Source of the DNA: a virus
Lineage: Duplodnaviria > Caudoviricetes
Virus record (IMG/VR): IMGVR_UViG_3300035703_000116
Span: 1 to 56,500 of that record
Length of the DNA stretch: 56,500 nt
Direction: 5' to 3' (one strand)
Notes under the pieces: generated by a model
What the model was told of the DNA's origin: nothing
What the model saw: the letters and a program-made list of their open reading frames with translations, nothing else
Databases searched by the model: none
Shown here: positions 45,729 to 54,112 of the stretch, piece by piece
Layout of the letters: the number at the start of each line of letters is the position of its first letter
How positions within the stretch are numbered: position 1 is the first letter of the stretch
Position numbers and translations under genes: made by a program

Positions 45729-45959
45729 ATGACTCAACAACTTTCACCCGCTGCTCAGGCAGATCTAGACGACACCTATTACGAGTGGGAACTGGAGGAC
45801 GACGAAGGCGAATGGCAGGCCGGTGGTTCTGCCAACAACTTTGAGGATGTACAGCGGGAAGGAATGCGTTACCTGCAGACCTACGCTCAAGAAGGATTCC
45901 ACAAGCTGATCATCCGCCAACACTGCACAAAGGTTATTCAGGTGATTGACAATGGCTGA
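45729..45959 (+). CDS. Acidic hypothetical protein
   Basis: YEWELEDDEGEWQAGGS. Confidence 0.65.
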   Translation: MTQQLSPAAQADLDDTYYEWELEDDEGEWQAGGSANNFEDVQREGMRYLQTYAQEGFHKLIIRQHCTKVIQVIDNG

Positions 45960-46158
45960 ACTTTCATCTGCTGCTCAGGCAGTGCTGGATGCTGTTGAAG
46001 ACGACTGCATCCACCCAGACGACAAACATCGGATTGCCGCCGCCGCCCTTCGCGCTGCTGCGGATCAGGTGGTGCCACAGGCACTCTGTGTTTACAACCC
46101 TGAATCAATTTCAGTTCGCAATCAGCTTCTCGCGATTGCTGATGAGCTTGAGACCTGA
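45952..46158 (+). CDS. Hypothetical protein
   Basis: LSSAAQAVLDA..IAAAALRAAADQVVP..LLAIADEL. Confidence 0.7.
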   Translation: MAELSSAAQAVLDAVEDDCIHPDDKHRIAAAALRAAADQVVPQALCVYNPESISVRNQLLAIADELET

Positions 46159-46166
46159 TTAACTTT

Positions 46167-46373
46167 ATGGCTAAACGATTAGACTTATCTGACAAATGGG
46201 GCCATTCAGGCATCAGTATTACTTGGACGCCATCCGCTCAGCGTCTTAACGTTAGCGCTTGGTACGACTCTTTTGTTGGAATTGAAGGCGACAGTATGAC
46301 ATTGCATCAGTTTTTCGATAAGCTGGGCATCACCGAAAAAGACTGCGCCAAAGCTTTCAGGTCCGTCAAATAG
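46167..46373 (+). CDS. Hypothetical protein
   Basis: 68 aa ORF. Confidence 0.6.
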   Translation: MAKRLDLSDKWGHSGISITWTPSAQRLNVSAWYDSFVGIEGDSMTLHQFFDKLGITEKDCAKAFRSVK

Positions 46374-46437
46374 ACGATCAACTCCTAGTCAACTTCTAAT
46401 TTCCCTCAAATTAGAACTTCAATCAGCCCGCCCCTCA

Positions 46438-46710
46438 GTGCCGCTCAACAAAGCTTCCCTGCCCTGCCCCAAATGCAATGCTCTGATCACAAAAGTAACG
46501 AGTTCATTAAGAACTCCGAGTGGAGATTTTTACAGATACAGACAATGTGAATTCTGCGGGCACAGATACAAGACGGTACAGCTCGCTGAAATCCTTGCAG
46601 CACCAGGCGAAGTAAGAACAACTCACGAAGGTCACGCAGCCATCATCAACTGGAAAAAAGTTTTTGATCGAGTTCTTCCATCTCTTCTGCAAAAACATGA
46701 CCAAACTTGA
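46438..46710 (+). CDS. NrdR-like Zn-ribbon protein
   Basis: CPKC..KVTSS..RYRQCEFCGHRYKTVQ. Confidence 0.68.
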   Translation: MPLNKASLPCPKCNALITKVTSSLRTPSGDFYRYRQCEFCGHRYKTVQLAEILAAPGEVRTTHEGHAAIINWKKVFDRVLPSLLQKHDQT

Positions 46711-46870
46711 ACACGAACTCTGCCTTGCCATCTCCCCAATTATCAACGATCGAGCGCCAGAGGAGTGGGAGGCGGAATCAAAACGCGCATTGCTTGCAAT
46801 TATCGTTTACTTGCGAGATAATGGGTACTGGCAGGCGGCTGACTTCCTGCTCTCAAACTCTTCTCTTTAA
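46697..46870 (+). CDS. Hypothetical protein
   Basis: MTKLEHELCLAI. Confidence 0.55.
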   Translation: MTKLEHELCLAISPIINDRAPEEWEAESKRALLAIIVYLRDNGYWQAADFLLSNSSL

Positions 46871-46879
46871 TCAGAAAGC

Positions 46880-47641
46880 ATGGCACACCCTAAATCCGGT
46901 TTCTACGTCAAAGACGATCACGAATACGTTTCCGTCAGCTCTGTTCTGGGTAGAACATCAGAGCTGTTCGATCCCAACAAAATAAAGGGTCTTGAAATCT
47001 GGCGACAGATGGAGCCCAACTGGGAAGACATTATGCAGCGGGCGCAGCGCAGAGGAACGATCATTCACGCTGAAGTAGAAATGTCTTTTATGAAAGATGC
47101 AGAAAAACATAAAATGGATCATGCGACGATGGATGAAATTATGAGCTACAACATTCATGAGTACATCACTTATCTGTCGCCCGTTCTTGATTTAATCAAA
47201 AAGGAAAACTTCAAGAATGAAGTCAGCGCTCCATCTTTTTTGATGGAAGAAGCTCTTTACTGTCATCTTGGCTATGCAGGCACTGCTGACTTGCGCCTGC
47301 ACTGGGATGGCCAGTACAGCATTTGGGACTGGAAGACAGTGCGCTCGTACAAAGAAGAGGGCGTCAAGAAAAAAGCAAAATCAATGTCGCATTACAAAAG
47401 CGCTGAAGTGCAGATCGCCGCATATGCACTCGCTCACAATCTCGCTGTAAAACGAGGCGAGCTTGACAATGAGATAACTCAGGGTGTAATATGTGTTTGC
47501 TACGACTGGCGTGAACCTCATGTTCACGTTCTGAACAAGCAAGAGCTGAAAGCTCGTGCGCAAGAATTTATCGAGCGTTACAAAGCTTACTGCTCACTCG
47601 AAAACACCCAATTCCCAAGGCTCATTGAGCCTGAACTCTGA
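46880..47641 (+). CDS. PD-(D/E)XK exonuclease
   Basis: SVSSVLG, RGTIIH, GYAGTADL, IWDWKT, QIAAY. Confidence 0.88.
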   Translation: MAHPKSGFYVKDDHEYVSVSSVLGRTSELFDPNKIKGLEIWRQMEPNWEDIMQRAQRRGTIIHAEVEMSFMKDAEKHKMDHATMDEIMSYNIHEYITYLSPVLDLIKKENFKNEVSAPSFLMEEALYCHLGYAGTADLRLHWDGQYSIWDWKTVRSYKEEGVKKKAKSMSHYKSAEVQIAAYALAHNLAVKRGELDNEITQGVICVCYDWREPHVHVLNKQELKARAQEFIERYKAYCSLENTQFPRLIEPEL

Positions 47642-47997
47642 TGCTCACTCTCGTCGCTAGCGGTTATGTGACCGGCGAAGTTCAAGTTAAGGATGGCGAC
47701 TACGGCAAAACTGCCACTGTCGGTATCCGCTCTAAAACCACCAACGGCAAACAAACCCATTTCGTCAACGCCACTTTTTACGGCAAAAAGATTGAAACTG
47801 CCGTCAAGTTCATGGAGGATGGGCGCCAGGTAACTCTTGTTGGAACCGTCAAAACCGTTTCCCCTAAGAAGAAGAAGGACGGCACTGAATACGTTGCTAT
47901 CTACATGGATGCAACTGATTTCACCATCCCCGAGCGTCAAGGCCAAGAAATGCCCTCTCGTTCTCAGGCGCCTGCCCCAGACGAAATGCCCTTCTAA
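47641..47997 (+). CDS. ssb: Single-stranded DNA-binding protein
   Basis: OB-fold pattern, GRQVTLVG, acidic tail DEMPF. Confidence 0.88.
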   Translation: MLTLVASGYVTGEVQVKDGDYGKTATVGIRSKTTNGKQTHFVNATFYGKKIETAVKFMEDGRQVTLVGTVKTVSPKKKKDGTEYVAIYMDATDFTIPERQGQEMPSRSQAPAPDEMPF

Positions 47998-48202
47998 GCC
48001 CTTGGCGGAGCACAGTCCTATCCCACTGAAACAGGACTGATTCGCCTCCCCAGCGCCAACGCTTCTACTGCTCGGGCCAAGCGGTAGCGGTTAAGCACCA
48101 GCGCACGCAACGTCAAGGGGTCTCATCAGGGAGCAAGGCGGTACCGCCCTTCGCATGAGGGTTCTGGGCCTTGTCAAGGTGAATAGCTCGTAAGCCCAAG
48201 AC
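47998..48202 (+). ncRNA. Putative structured non-coding RNA
   Basis: ORF-free GC-rich intergenic region with several nested stems, ending at a terminator. Confidence 0.5.
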
Positions 48203-48204
48203 TT

Positions 48205-48229
48205 GAAAGCCCCTTCGGGGGTTTTCTTG
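48205..48229 (+). terminator. Intrinsic terminator
   Basis: GAAAGCCCC-TTCG-GGGGTTTTC-TT. Confidence 0.8.
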
Positions 48230-48257
48230 TATCATTTAACAGCGACAGCAAATTGCA

Positions 48258-48803
48258 GTGAACAAGCTCATCGGACTTTATAGCCCCGCCCCTCAATCAG
48301 GTAAATCACTTGCGGCGAACGTTCTTGCACGAACAAGTCATCGCATGATGAGCTTTGCCGAACCGATCAAACGCATGGGTGCAGAGTTCTTTGTTTCGCT
48401 CGGCTACGAAAAAGATGAAGCTGTTGCTTTGGTGTGGGCGCACAAAGAAAGAATTGTCCCTGAGATCAATGCAACGCCCAGGCACGTATTGCAAACGCTT
48501 GGAACGGAATGGGGGCGCGACTGCATCAATCAAAATATCTGGCTTGATTGCATGAAATATCGCATTGAAAAAGAAAAGAGCTATGGCGTTGTCATTGATG
48601 ATGTTCGCTTTCTCAATGAAGCGGAAATGATTAAAGACATGGGGGGCGAGATGTGGAAAATTATTCGACCTTCCGTCGTCAACAAAGAAACGCACGTCTC
48701 TGAAGGTGGGCTTGATGATTGGGATGGATTTGATCGTGTAATTGAAAATACTGGTACGATTCAAGAGTTTCGTGCAAAACTTGACGCTTTGATGACATGC
48801 TGA
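48258..48803 (+). CDS. Deoxynucleoside monophosphate kinase
   Basis: PAPQSGKS, SFAEPIK, PRHVLQTLGTEWGR, DDVRFLNE, HVSE. Confidence 0.9.
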   Translation: MNKLIGLYSPAPQSGKSLAANVLARTSHRMMSFAEPIKRMGAEFFVSLGYEKDEAVALVWAHKERIVPEINATPRHVLQTLGTEWGRDCINQNIWLDCMKYRIEKEKSYGVVIDDVRFLNEAEMIKDMGGEMWKIIRPSVVNKETHVSEGGLDDWDGFDRVIENTGTIQEFRAKLDALMTC

Positions 48804-49534
48804 AGGATCGCGGTGATATTTTTTATGGCGCCCGTCTTGTCGCGGATGCGCGTCTGCATCTCGGCGCTGTAATCAACGGGGGCGATGGAGAATTATTCTT
48901 TGCAACGATGTGGAAGATCATCGACAATGAAGTCTATTTAGGATATAGAACATTTGATAACAGAGACATAAAGATGCACGGAGTCAAAGACTTTATCTTT
49001 AACTTTCATCATGGACTGGGGATTAAAAAAGCAACTCTTGCGACTTTTCTTGCAAACTGCGCAAAAGCTGCAATCAAAGACAAGACGCAGGCGCAGTACG
49101 CATCGAGATTTGCAAAATGGCTGGGAGAGCAGCATGACGGATTTGATTTCCCTCAAGAATTCTTTGAGTACATGCGCATTAAGTATTACATTCAAAAGCG
49201 ATACAGGAAAAAGAATCCAGACAGATACAGAAGATTGCAGATACTTGAAAGAATCTACAATCAATATCCGCAGCTTTTACAAGAAGTCGGCGCAGGGAAA
49301 AAGTACAAAGACATTTTTGACTGCGCAGAAGATCTGACGATCTGGGAGCGAAAGCGCACAGTTCGCCCACTTTCTCTCTACAACAACCCGACAGCAAGGC
49401 AGACAGAGGAGCTGGCGGAAAAGCTAAGCGTCAAGCTGAGCAAGCTGAATCGACGTATTTTGATCGCTAAACTCATAGAAATTTACAAGCGCGACAAGGG
49501 GATTGATGACGGCAAACTTGTTGACGACGCTTGA
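48797..49534 (+). CDS. Hypothetical protein
   Basis: 245 aa ORF in operon. Confidence 0.65.
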   Translation: MLKDRGDIFYGARLVADARLHLGAVINGGDGELFFATMWKIIDNEVYLGYRTFDNRDIKMHGVKDFIFNFHHGLGIKKATLATFLANCAKAAIKDKTQAQYASRFAKWLGEQHDGFDFPQEFFEYMRIKYYIQKRYRKKNPDRYRRLQILERIYNQYPQLLQEVGAGKKYKDIFDCAEDLTIWERKRTVRPLSLYNNPTARQTEELAEKLSVKLSKLNRRILIAKLIEIYKRDKGIDDGKLVDDA

Positions 49535-50045
49535 GCAGTGTTCGATTCAGTCCTATTCATTCTTCGTCGCCGGTAAACCCGAGACTCAGGGCTCCAAGAA
49601 CGCTTTTGGGCGCGTCTACACCGACCGTCAGGGGCGTCAGCGCGTTGCTGTTGCCATGACTGAACAGTCCAAGGGGGTCTATGCCTGGAGGGCCTCCGTG
49701 GGGCGCGTGGCGACACTGATGCGCCCATGCAACTGGGAGACGCAAGGGCTATTTACATTGTCATTGTTATTTTACATGCCTCGCCCTAGAGTTCATTTTG
49801 ATAGTAAGGGGAATCTTAAGCGCAGCGCCCCTTTGTTTCACTCCAATAAGGGCGACGCGGACAAGCTGCTCAGGGCCTGTGGAGATGCGCTGACAAAAAT
49901 ATGTTACGATGATGACGCTTTGATCGTTGCAGCTTCTTCTATGAAGCTGTTCTGTGATCCGACTGATGGCCCTGGCGTTCACGTCAAGGTGTCACGCCTT
50001 GATCAAGAAGCCGCTACGGCAATGATGCTTGCACTCAAGCCGTAA
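49503..50045 (+). CDS. rusA: RusA-family Holliday junction resolvase
   Basis: GKPETQGSK, FYMPRP, DADKLLRACGDAL, YDDDA. Confidence 0.9.
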   Translation: MMTANLLTTLEQCSIQSYSFFVAGKPETQGSKNAFGRVYTDRQGRQRVAVAMTEQSKGVYAWRASVGRVATLMRPCNWETQGLFTLSLLFYMPRPRVHFDSKGNLKRSAPLFHSNKGDADKLLRACGDALTKICYDDDALIVAASSMKLFCDPTDGPGVHVKVSRLDQEAATAMMLALKP

Positions 50046-50107
50046 CGAGACTCTTGCAAGAAAGTGCTCAATGTGCTAACTTGCACAAGTCAACCACGCA
50101 GGCCGTC

Positions 50108-50638
50108 ATGGCACGCAAAAAACAGGACTCAGATACTGCTGTCCTTGATCCCATCGAAACCGATTCTGAAATGTCTGTTGAAGCCGTCGCTCCCGAAGCT
50201 GTCAAGTCCACCAAGGTGAAAGTTGGCGGTGAGCGCAAAGTAGGCCAAGAACTCCTTGACTACGTGCAAGCCAATCAAGGCGTCGCTGGTGATGAGCTTG
50301 CTTTTGGTGCTGGCTACTACACCAAAATCACCGATGCAGAAACTGGGGAGACTCAGACCCGCATTCACAAGAACGAGTTCTTTAAGGCCCTCACCGAAGC
50401 CTCTACTGGCATCGTGATTCCTTCTGCTCGTCGCGCCTACAGCTCCCGCAAGGGTCGCGCTCCCATCGTGACCGTGGGCAAGACCGGCAACTGTGTGGTG
50501 GGCGCTCGTCACAGCGCCATCGCTGGCTTCGCCCCTGGTAGCAAGGTGCAGGTGACTGCCGAAGAGGGCAAGATCGTGCTGACCCCCATGAGCGACGCTG
50601 AAGCCGCTGAAGCCGAAGAGGACGATCTGGATCTCTGA
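50108..50638 (+). CDS. Cyanobacterial AbrB-like transcriptional regulator
   Basis: GQELL..ELAFGAGYY..FFKALTEA..VTVGKTGNCVVG..GFAPGSKVQV..GKIVLTP. Confidence 0.8.
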   Translation: MARKKQDSDTAVLDPIETDSEMSVEAVAPEAVKSTKVKVGGERKVGQELLDYVQANQGVAGDELAFGAGYYTKITDAETGETQTRIHKNEFFKALTEASTGIVIPSARRAYSSRKGRAPIVTVGKTGNCVVGARHSAIAGFAPGSKVQVTAEEGKIVLTPMSDAEAAEAEEDDLDL

Positions 50639-50656
50639 TTCATTTCTCATCGTTCA

Positions 50657-50684
50657 CGCCCTGCTTCGGCAGGGCTTTTTCTTT
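50657..50684 (+). terminator. Intrinsic terminator
   Basis: GCCCTGC-TTCG-GCAGGGC-TTTTT. Confidence 0.85.
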
Positions 50685-50694
50685 CTCTATCAAC

Positions 50695-51078
50695 ATGGGA
50701 CAACTGCAGGAACAAGCTCGTCAATGGCGAAATGCTTTTGAAGTTAAAAGCGACAATCAAAGAGGGAGTCTTCAGTACAATCTTCAGATTAAATTGATCA
50801 TCGAAGAATACACGGAAGTCATTGAAGCGTTTGATGCTTTCAAGCAGGGTGATATTTCTACCCACGCCGAACTGCTCAAAGAACTGAGTGATCTTGTTTT
50901 CGTCTGCTATCAAGCGGCGGAAAATATGGGCTGGGATCTTGACGAAGCGATGCAGCGTGTTTTTGATAGCAACATGAGCAAGCTTGATGATACGGGCGCC
51001 CCAATTAGAAATGAGACAGGAAAAGTGATGAAGGGACCGAACTATCAAAAGCCCAACCTGACAGATCTAGTGCAATGA
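50695..51078 (+). CDS. MazG-like NTP pyrophosphohydrolase
   Basis: LIIEEYTEV, LLKELSDLVFV, SNMSK, GKVMKGPNY. Confidence 0.88.
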   Translation: MGQLQEQARQWRNAFEVKSDNQRGSLQYNLQIKLIIEEYTEVIEAFDAFKQGDISTHAELLKELSDLVFVCYQAAENMGWDLDEAMQRVFDSNMSKLDDTGAPIRNETGKVMKGPNYQKPNLTDLVQ

Positions 51079-51213
51079 CTCGCTACGTGTTCTCTTTTCC
51101 AGCCATTAACGTCTATCACGTTTTTCGAGCTGATTCAAAATATGAAGCCTTTCATCTTTTGATGAATTCTTCGCTTGCCCCCTACTACGGTCAGGCCGTC
51201 CTGTTACATCCCC

Positions 51214-51387
51214 ATGACGGACACTGAAGTAGATGCGATCATTGATGCTGTCTGGACCTCAGAGGCGTCTCTGACGGTCAACCTGAGGGCTCTTGTTCGC
51301 ACTGCTGCCTGCTATGGGTGGCGGTGCGCTCAAGCGGCTCACTGGATCAACAAGCACCGCTCCCAACACGATGGTCAATCCCTTTGA
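51214..51387 (+). CDS. Hypothetical protein
   Basis: MTDTEVDAIIDAVW. Confidence 0.5.
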   Translation: MTDTEVDAIIDAVWTSEASLTVNLRALVRTAACYGWRCAQAAHWINKHRSQHDGQSL

Positions 51388-51520
51388 AGAGCAGAGGCGA
51401 CAGGATCGCCTGGAGTCTTGGTATGAGCAAGACGGGCGCAGCGACAAAAATCACCCTATGCACGCTCTTTACACTGGACTCGCTGGCAAATACATGAACA
51501 AGGAGCAAGACAGTGCTTGA
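51371..51520 (+). CDS. Hypothetical protein
   Basis: RQDRLESWYEQDGRSDKNHPMHALYTGL. Confidence 0.65.
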   Translation: MVNPFEEQRRQDRLESWYEQDGRSDKNHPMHALYTGLAGKYMNKEQDSA

Positions 51521-51665
51521 TTTCGATGATCTTGAGCAACTCTTCCGCGAATACTGGGAGGGTTCTTACCCCAATGCGCCCGCTAACAAGCAATCCGCTG
51601 CTTCGCATATTGCGTTTGCTCATTTTGCTCTTCTGAAAGCAAAGGAGGCGAAGAGTGAAGGTTGA
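51513..51665 (+). CDS. Hypothetical protein
   Basis: 50 aa LEQLFREYWEGSYPNAPANKQ; fills the gap before thyX. Confidence 0.55.
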   Translation: MLDFDDLEQLFREYWEGSYPNAPANKQSAASHIAFAHFALLKAKEAKSEG

Positions 51666-52281
51666 GTTTGTTCACTGCACGCCCGACGCCGAGCGCTTAA
51701 TTGTAAAGATGGCTAGGGTTAGCAACCCGGCGAACGAAGACAATCAAGAGACGGCGCCAAAACTGATTAGATACTTAATCAGTCATAAACATTGGTCGCC
51801 GCTGGAAATGTGCTCGATGTGTGTAAAGATCAGCACTGAGCGTGATATAGCAGCGCAGATCTTGCGTCACAGAAGCTTTAGCTTCCAGGAGTTTTCTACT
51901 CGTTATGCGCAAACTGCAATCGCAGCAGTTCCAAGGTTTAGAAAACAAGACGATAAAAACCGTCAAAGCAGCCATGACACATTCTCTGACCAGGAGAAGC
52001 GAGATCTCGAGTATGCCGCTGCAAGGGTTATCGGAAGTGCATTTGACACCTACGAAGAAATGCTAAAAAGTGGCGTAGCAAAAGAAACTGCTCGCAGAAT
52101 TTTACCCCTCTGCACCCCAACAACTCTTTATATGCACGGAACGCTGCGCTCGTGGGTGCATTACATCGAACTGCGTCGCGCAAATGGCACGCAGTTAGAG
52201 CATCAACAGATTGCGGAAGAGTGCAAGAAGATTTTTATTGAACAGTTTCCACTAATCGGACAGGCAGCTTTTGAGTCATGA
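51655..52281 (+). CDS. thyX: FAD-dependent thymidylate synthase
   Basis: HWSPLE, QILRHRSFSFQEFSTRY, ETARRILP, QLEH. Confidence 0.96.
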   Translation: MKVEFVHCTPDAERLIVKMARVSNPANEDNQETAPKLIRYLISHKHWSPLEMCSMCVKISTERDIAAQILRHRSFSFQEFSTRYAQTAIAAVPRFRKQDDKNRQSSHDTFSDQEKRDLEYAAARVIGSAFDTYEEMLKSGVAKETARRILPLCTPTTLYMHGTLRSWVHYIELRRANGTQLEHQQIAEECKKIFIEQFPLIGQAAFES

Positions 52282-52799
52282 GCATTCTCTGTGATCACGA
52301 GATCGAGCGTCTGTGCAAAGAGCAGGCAATGATGCTGCCCTACAGATCTGAGCAGCTCAATCCAGCAAGCTATGACGTGCGACTTGGCGATCAGATCATG
52401 ATCGAATCAGTCGCCACCGATCAACTCATCCTGACGCCGATCTCCGGGTTCACCAAAGAGAATCCTTGGCTGCTGCGAGCAGGACAGTTCTGCCTCGCCT
52501 GCACCGAAGAGATCTTCAACATGCCCGAGGATGTGGCCGGACACTTCGCTCTCAAATCAAGCAGGGGGCGTGAAGGCTATTCTCATGCACTCAGTGCATA
52601 CATCGACCCTGGGTTTCATGGAAGCCGCCTGACGCTTGAACTTCACAACATCAGGCAGATTCACCCGATCCCGCTGTATCCGGGTCTCTTGATTGGGCAG
52701 GTTGTATTTCAGCGCATGTCAGATGCTCCGCTTATCAGCTACGCCGTTAAGGGCAACTACAACAACAGCGAAACAGTACGTCAGAGTATTTGGACATAA
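52278..52799 (+). CDS. dcd: dCTP deaminase
   Basis: LNPASYDVRLG, KSSRGREG, YIDPGFHG, LTLEL. Confidence 0.92.
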   Translation: MSILCDHEIERLCKEQAMMLPYRSEQLNPASYDVRLGDQIMIESVATDQLILTPISGFTKENPWLLRAGQFCLACTEEIFNMPEDVAGHFALKSSRGREGYSHALSAYIDPGFHGSRLTLELHNIRQIHPIPLYPGLLIGQVVFQRMSDAPLISYAVKGNYNNSETVRQSIWT

Positions 52800-53042
52800 C
52801 TAGGCGAGATCATCAATCATTTTTTGATATTTATCAAGCGAGAACTCTGCGCTCATGTTTTTCATCGCCTCCCCTATCGCCCATACCGCCCTGCTGTTAT
52901 TGAAGGATGCTTGGTGATTGAGGAGTAGCGCAAAGTCAAGCAGTCCCTGATGATCACCCGCCCTAAATAATTCCTTAAGACGTTCACAATTTAATCGCTC
53001 TTGGAACTGATCTTCTGGGCGATAGGTTGGGGATGACATCAT
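52800..53042 (-). CDS. Hypothetical protein
   Basis: 80 aa ORF divergent from the sigma gene. Confidence 0.55.
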   Translation of the reverse strand: MMSSPTYRPEDQFQERLNCERLKELFRAGDHQGLLDFALLLNHQASFNNSRAVWAIGEAMKNMSAEFSLDKYQKMIDDLA

Positions 53043-53218
53043 TCTTCGATGAGTAGTTATGACTGAGCGTAACAAGCCTTATCTAGAAGCGCCATGCAAA
53101 GACAACAACTGGAAGTGGCGTGTTTACGGAATCGGGATGGTGTGGGATCATGCACAGGAGTGGCAAGCCAAATGGAAGCTCCACTGCTTACAAGTCTCTC
53201 AAGGTATTTCCGACGACG

Positions 53219-54106
53219 ATGGCCCGTGACGCGATTCAGAGCTACCTCAATGAGATAGGGCGATACCCGCTGCTTACAAAAGCACAAGAGGTGATGCTTG
53301 GAACGCAAATTCAGGCTTGGATGCTAATAAAAGACAAAGACAGATTGAACTACACAGAAGAAGAGAAAAAAATTGCAAGAGCTGGGGCGAGGGCGAGAGA
53401 GAAATTCATTAAGTGCAATTTGAGATTAGTTGTTAACATTGCAAGAAAATACACGAATCGCTGCAGTAGTCTCGATTTGATGGATTTAGTGCAAGAGGGA
53501 AATGTTGGGCTGGCGAGAGCCGTAGAAAAATTTGACCCGACTCGCGGATATGCGATGAGTACATACGCCTACTGGTGGATCAGACAGGCGATACAGCGAG
53601 CAATGCAGTGCGCCGACTTAACAATTCGACTTCCCATCGGCGTACATGATGCGACATTCAAGATCAACAAAGCTGTTGAGCAACTTACAAAGCAGCTTGG
53701 GCGAGAGCCAAGCTTTACTGAAATATCTGAAGCATCTGATTTGTCTATTGATGAAATCAAAAATGCGTTGATGGCACCTAGGGTAAGCTCAAGTCTCGAT
53801 AAACAGGCGAATGAAAAAGAATCTAGCTCTTTCTTGATTGAATTAATCGCTGATGAGCGAAACTCAAATACGCTCGAAAACGTACATGATCAGTCGCTTG
53901 TTGTCGATATTTATACTGCGATAGAAACATATCTCGACGAAATGACAAAGTTCGTCGTTTTAGAGCGCATAAAAGATCCGCCGACCCCTTGGAAAGAAAT
54001 CTGCGAAATGACAGGGCTCTCTAGGGGAAGACTGCAGAAAATAGAGCAAAACGGTATTAGTCGTTGCGCAATGATCCTGCGCGTCAAAAAAGACCTGAGA
54101 GCTTAA
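53219..54106 (+). CDS. RpoD/RpoS-family RNA polymerase sigma factor (group 2-like)
   Basis: YLNEIGRYPLLT, NLRLVVNIARKY, DLVQEGNVGL, KFDPTRGY, YWWIRQAI; no region 1.1. Confidence 0.95.
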   Translation: MARDAIQSYLNEIGRYPLLTKAQEVMLGTQIQAWMLIKDKDRLNYTEEEKKIARAGARAREKFIKCNLRLVVNIARKYTNRCSSLDLMDLVQEGNVGLARAVEKFDPTRGYAMSTYAYWWIRQAIQRAMQCADLTIRLPIGVHDATFKINKAVEQLTKQLGREPSFTEISEASDLSIDEIKNALMAPRVSSSLDKQANEKESSSFLIELIADERNSNTLENVHDQSLVVDIYTAIETYLDEMTKFVVLERIKDPPTPWKEICEMTGLSRGRLQKIEQNGISRCAMILRVKKDLRA

Positions 54107-54112
54107 AAACTT

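Noticed and set aside
46880-47641. Cas4 / CRISPR adaptation gene
   Set aside because: Lacks the Fe-S cysteine cluster; its context with ERF and SSB indicates a recombination exonuclease.
48030-48135. Hammerhead ribozyme on the minus strand (CTGATGAG at 48129-48122), or a tRNA
   Set aside because: No correctly placed GAAA or stems I/III; no T-loop GTTCRA or cloverleaf found.
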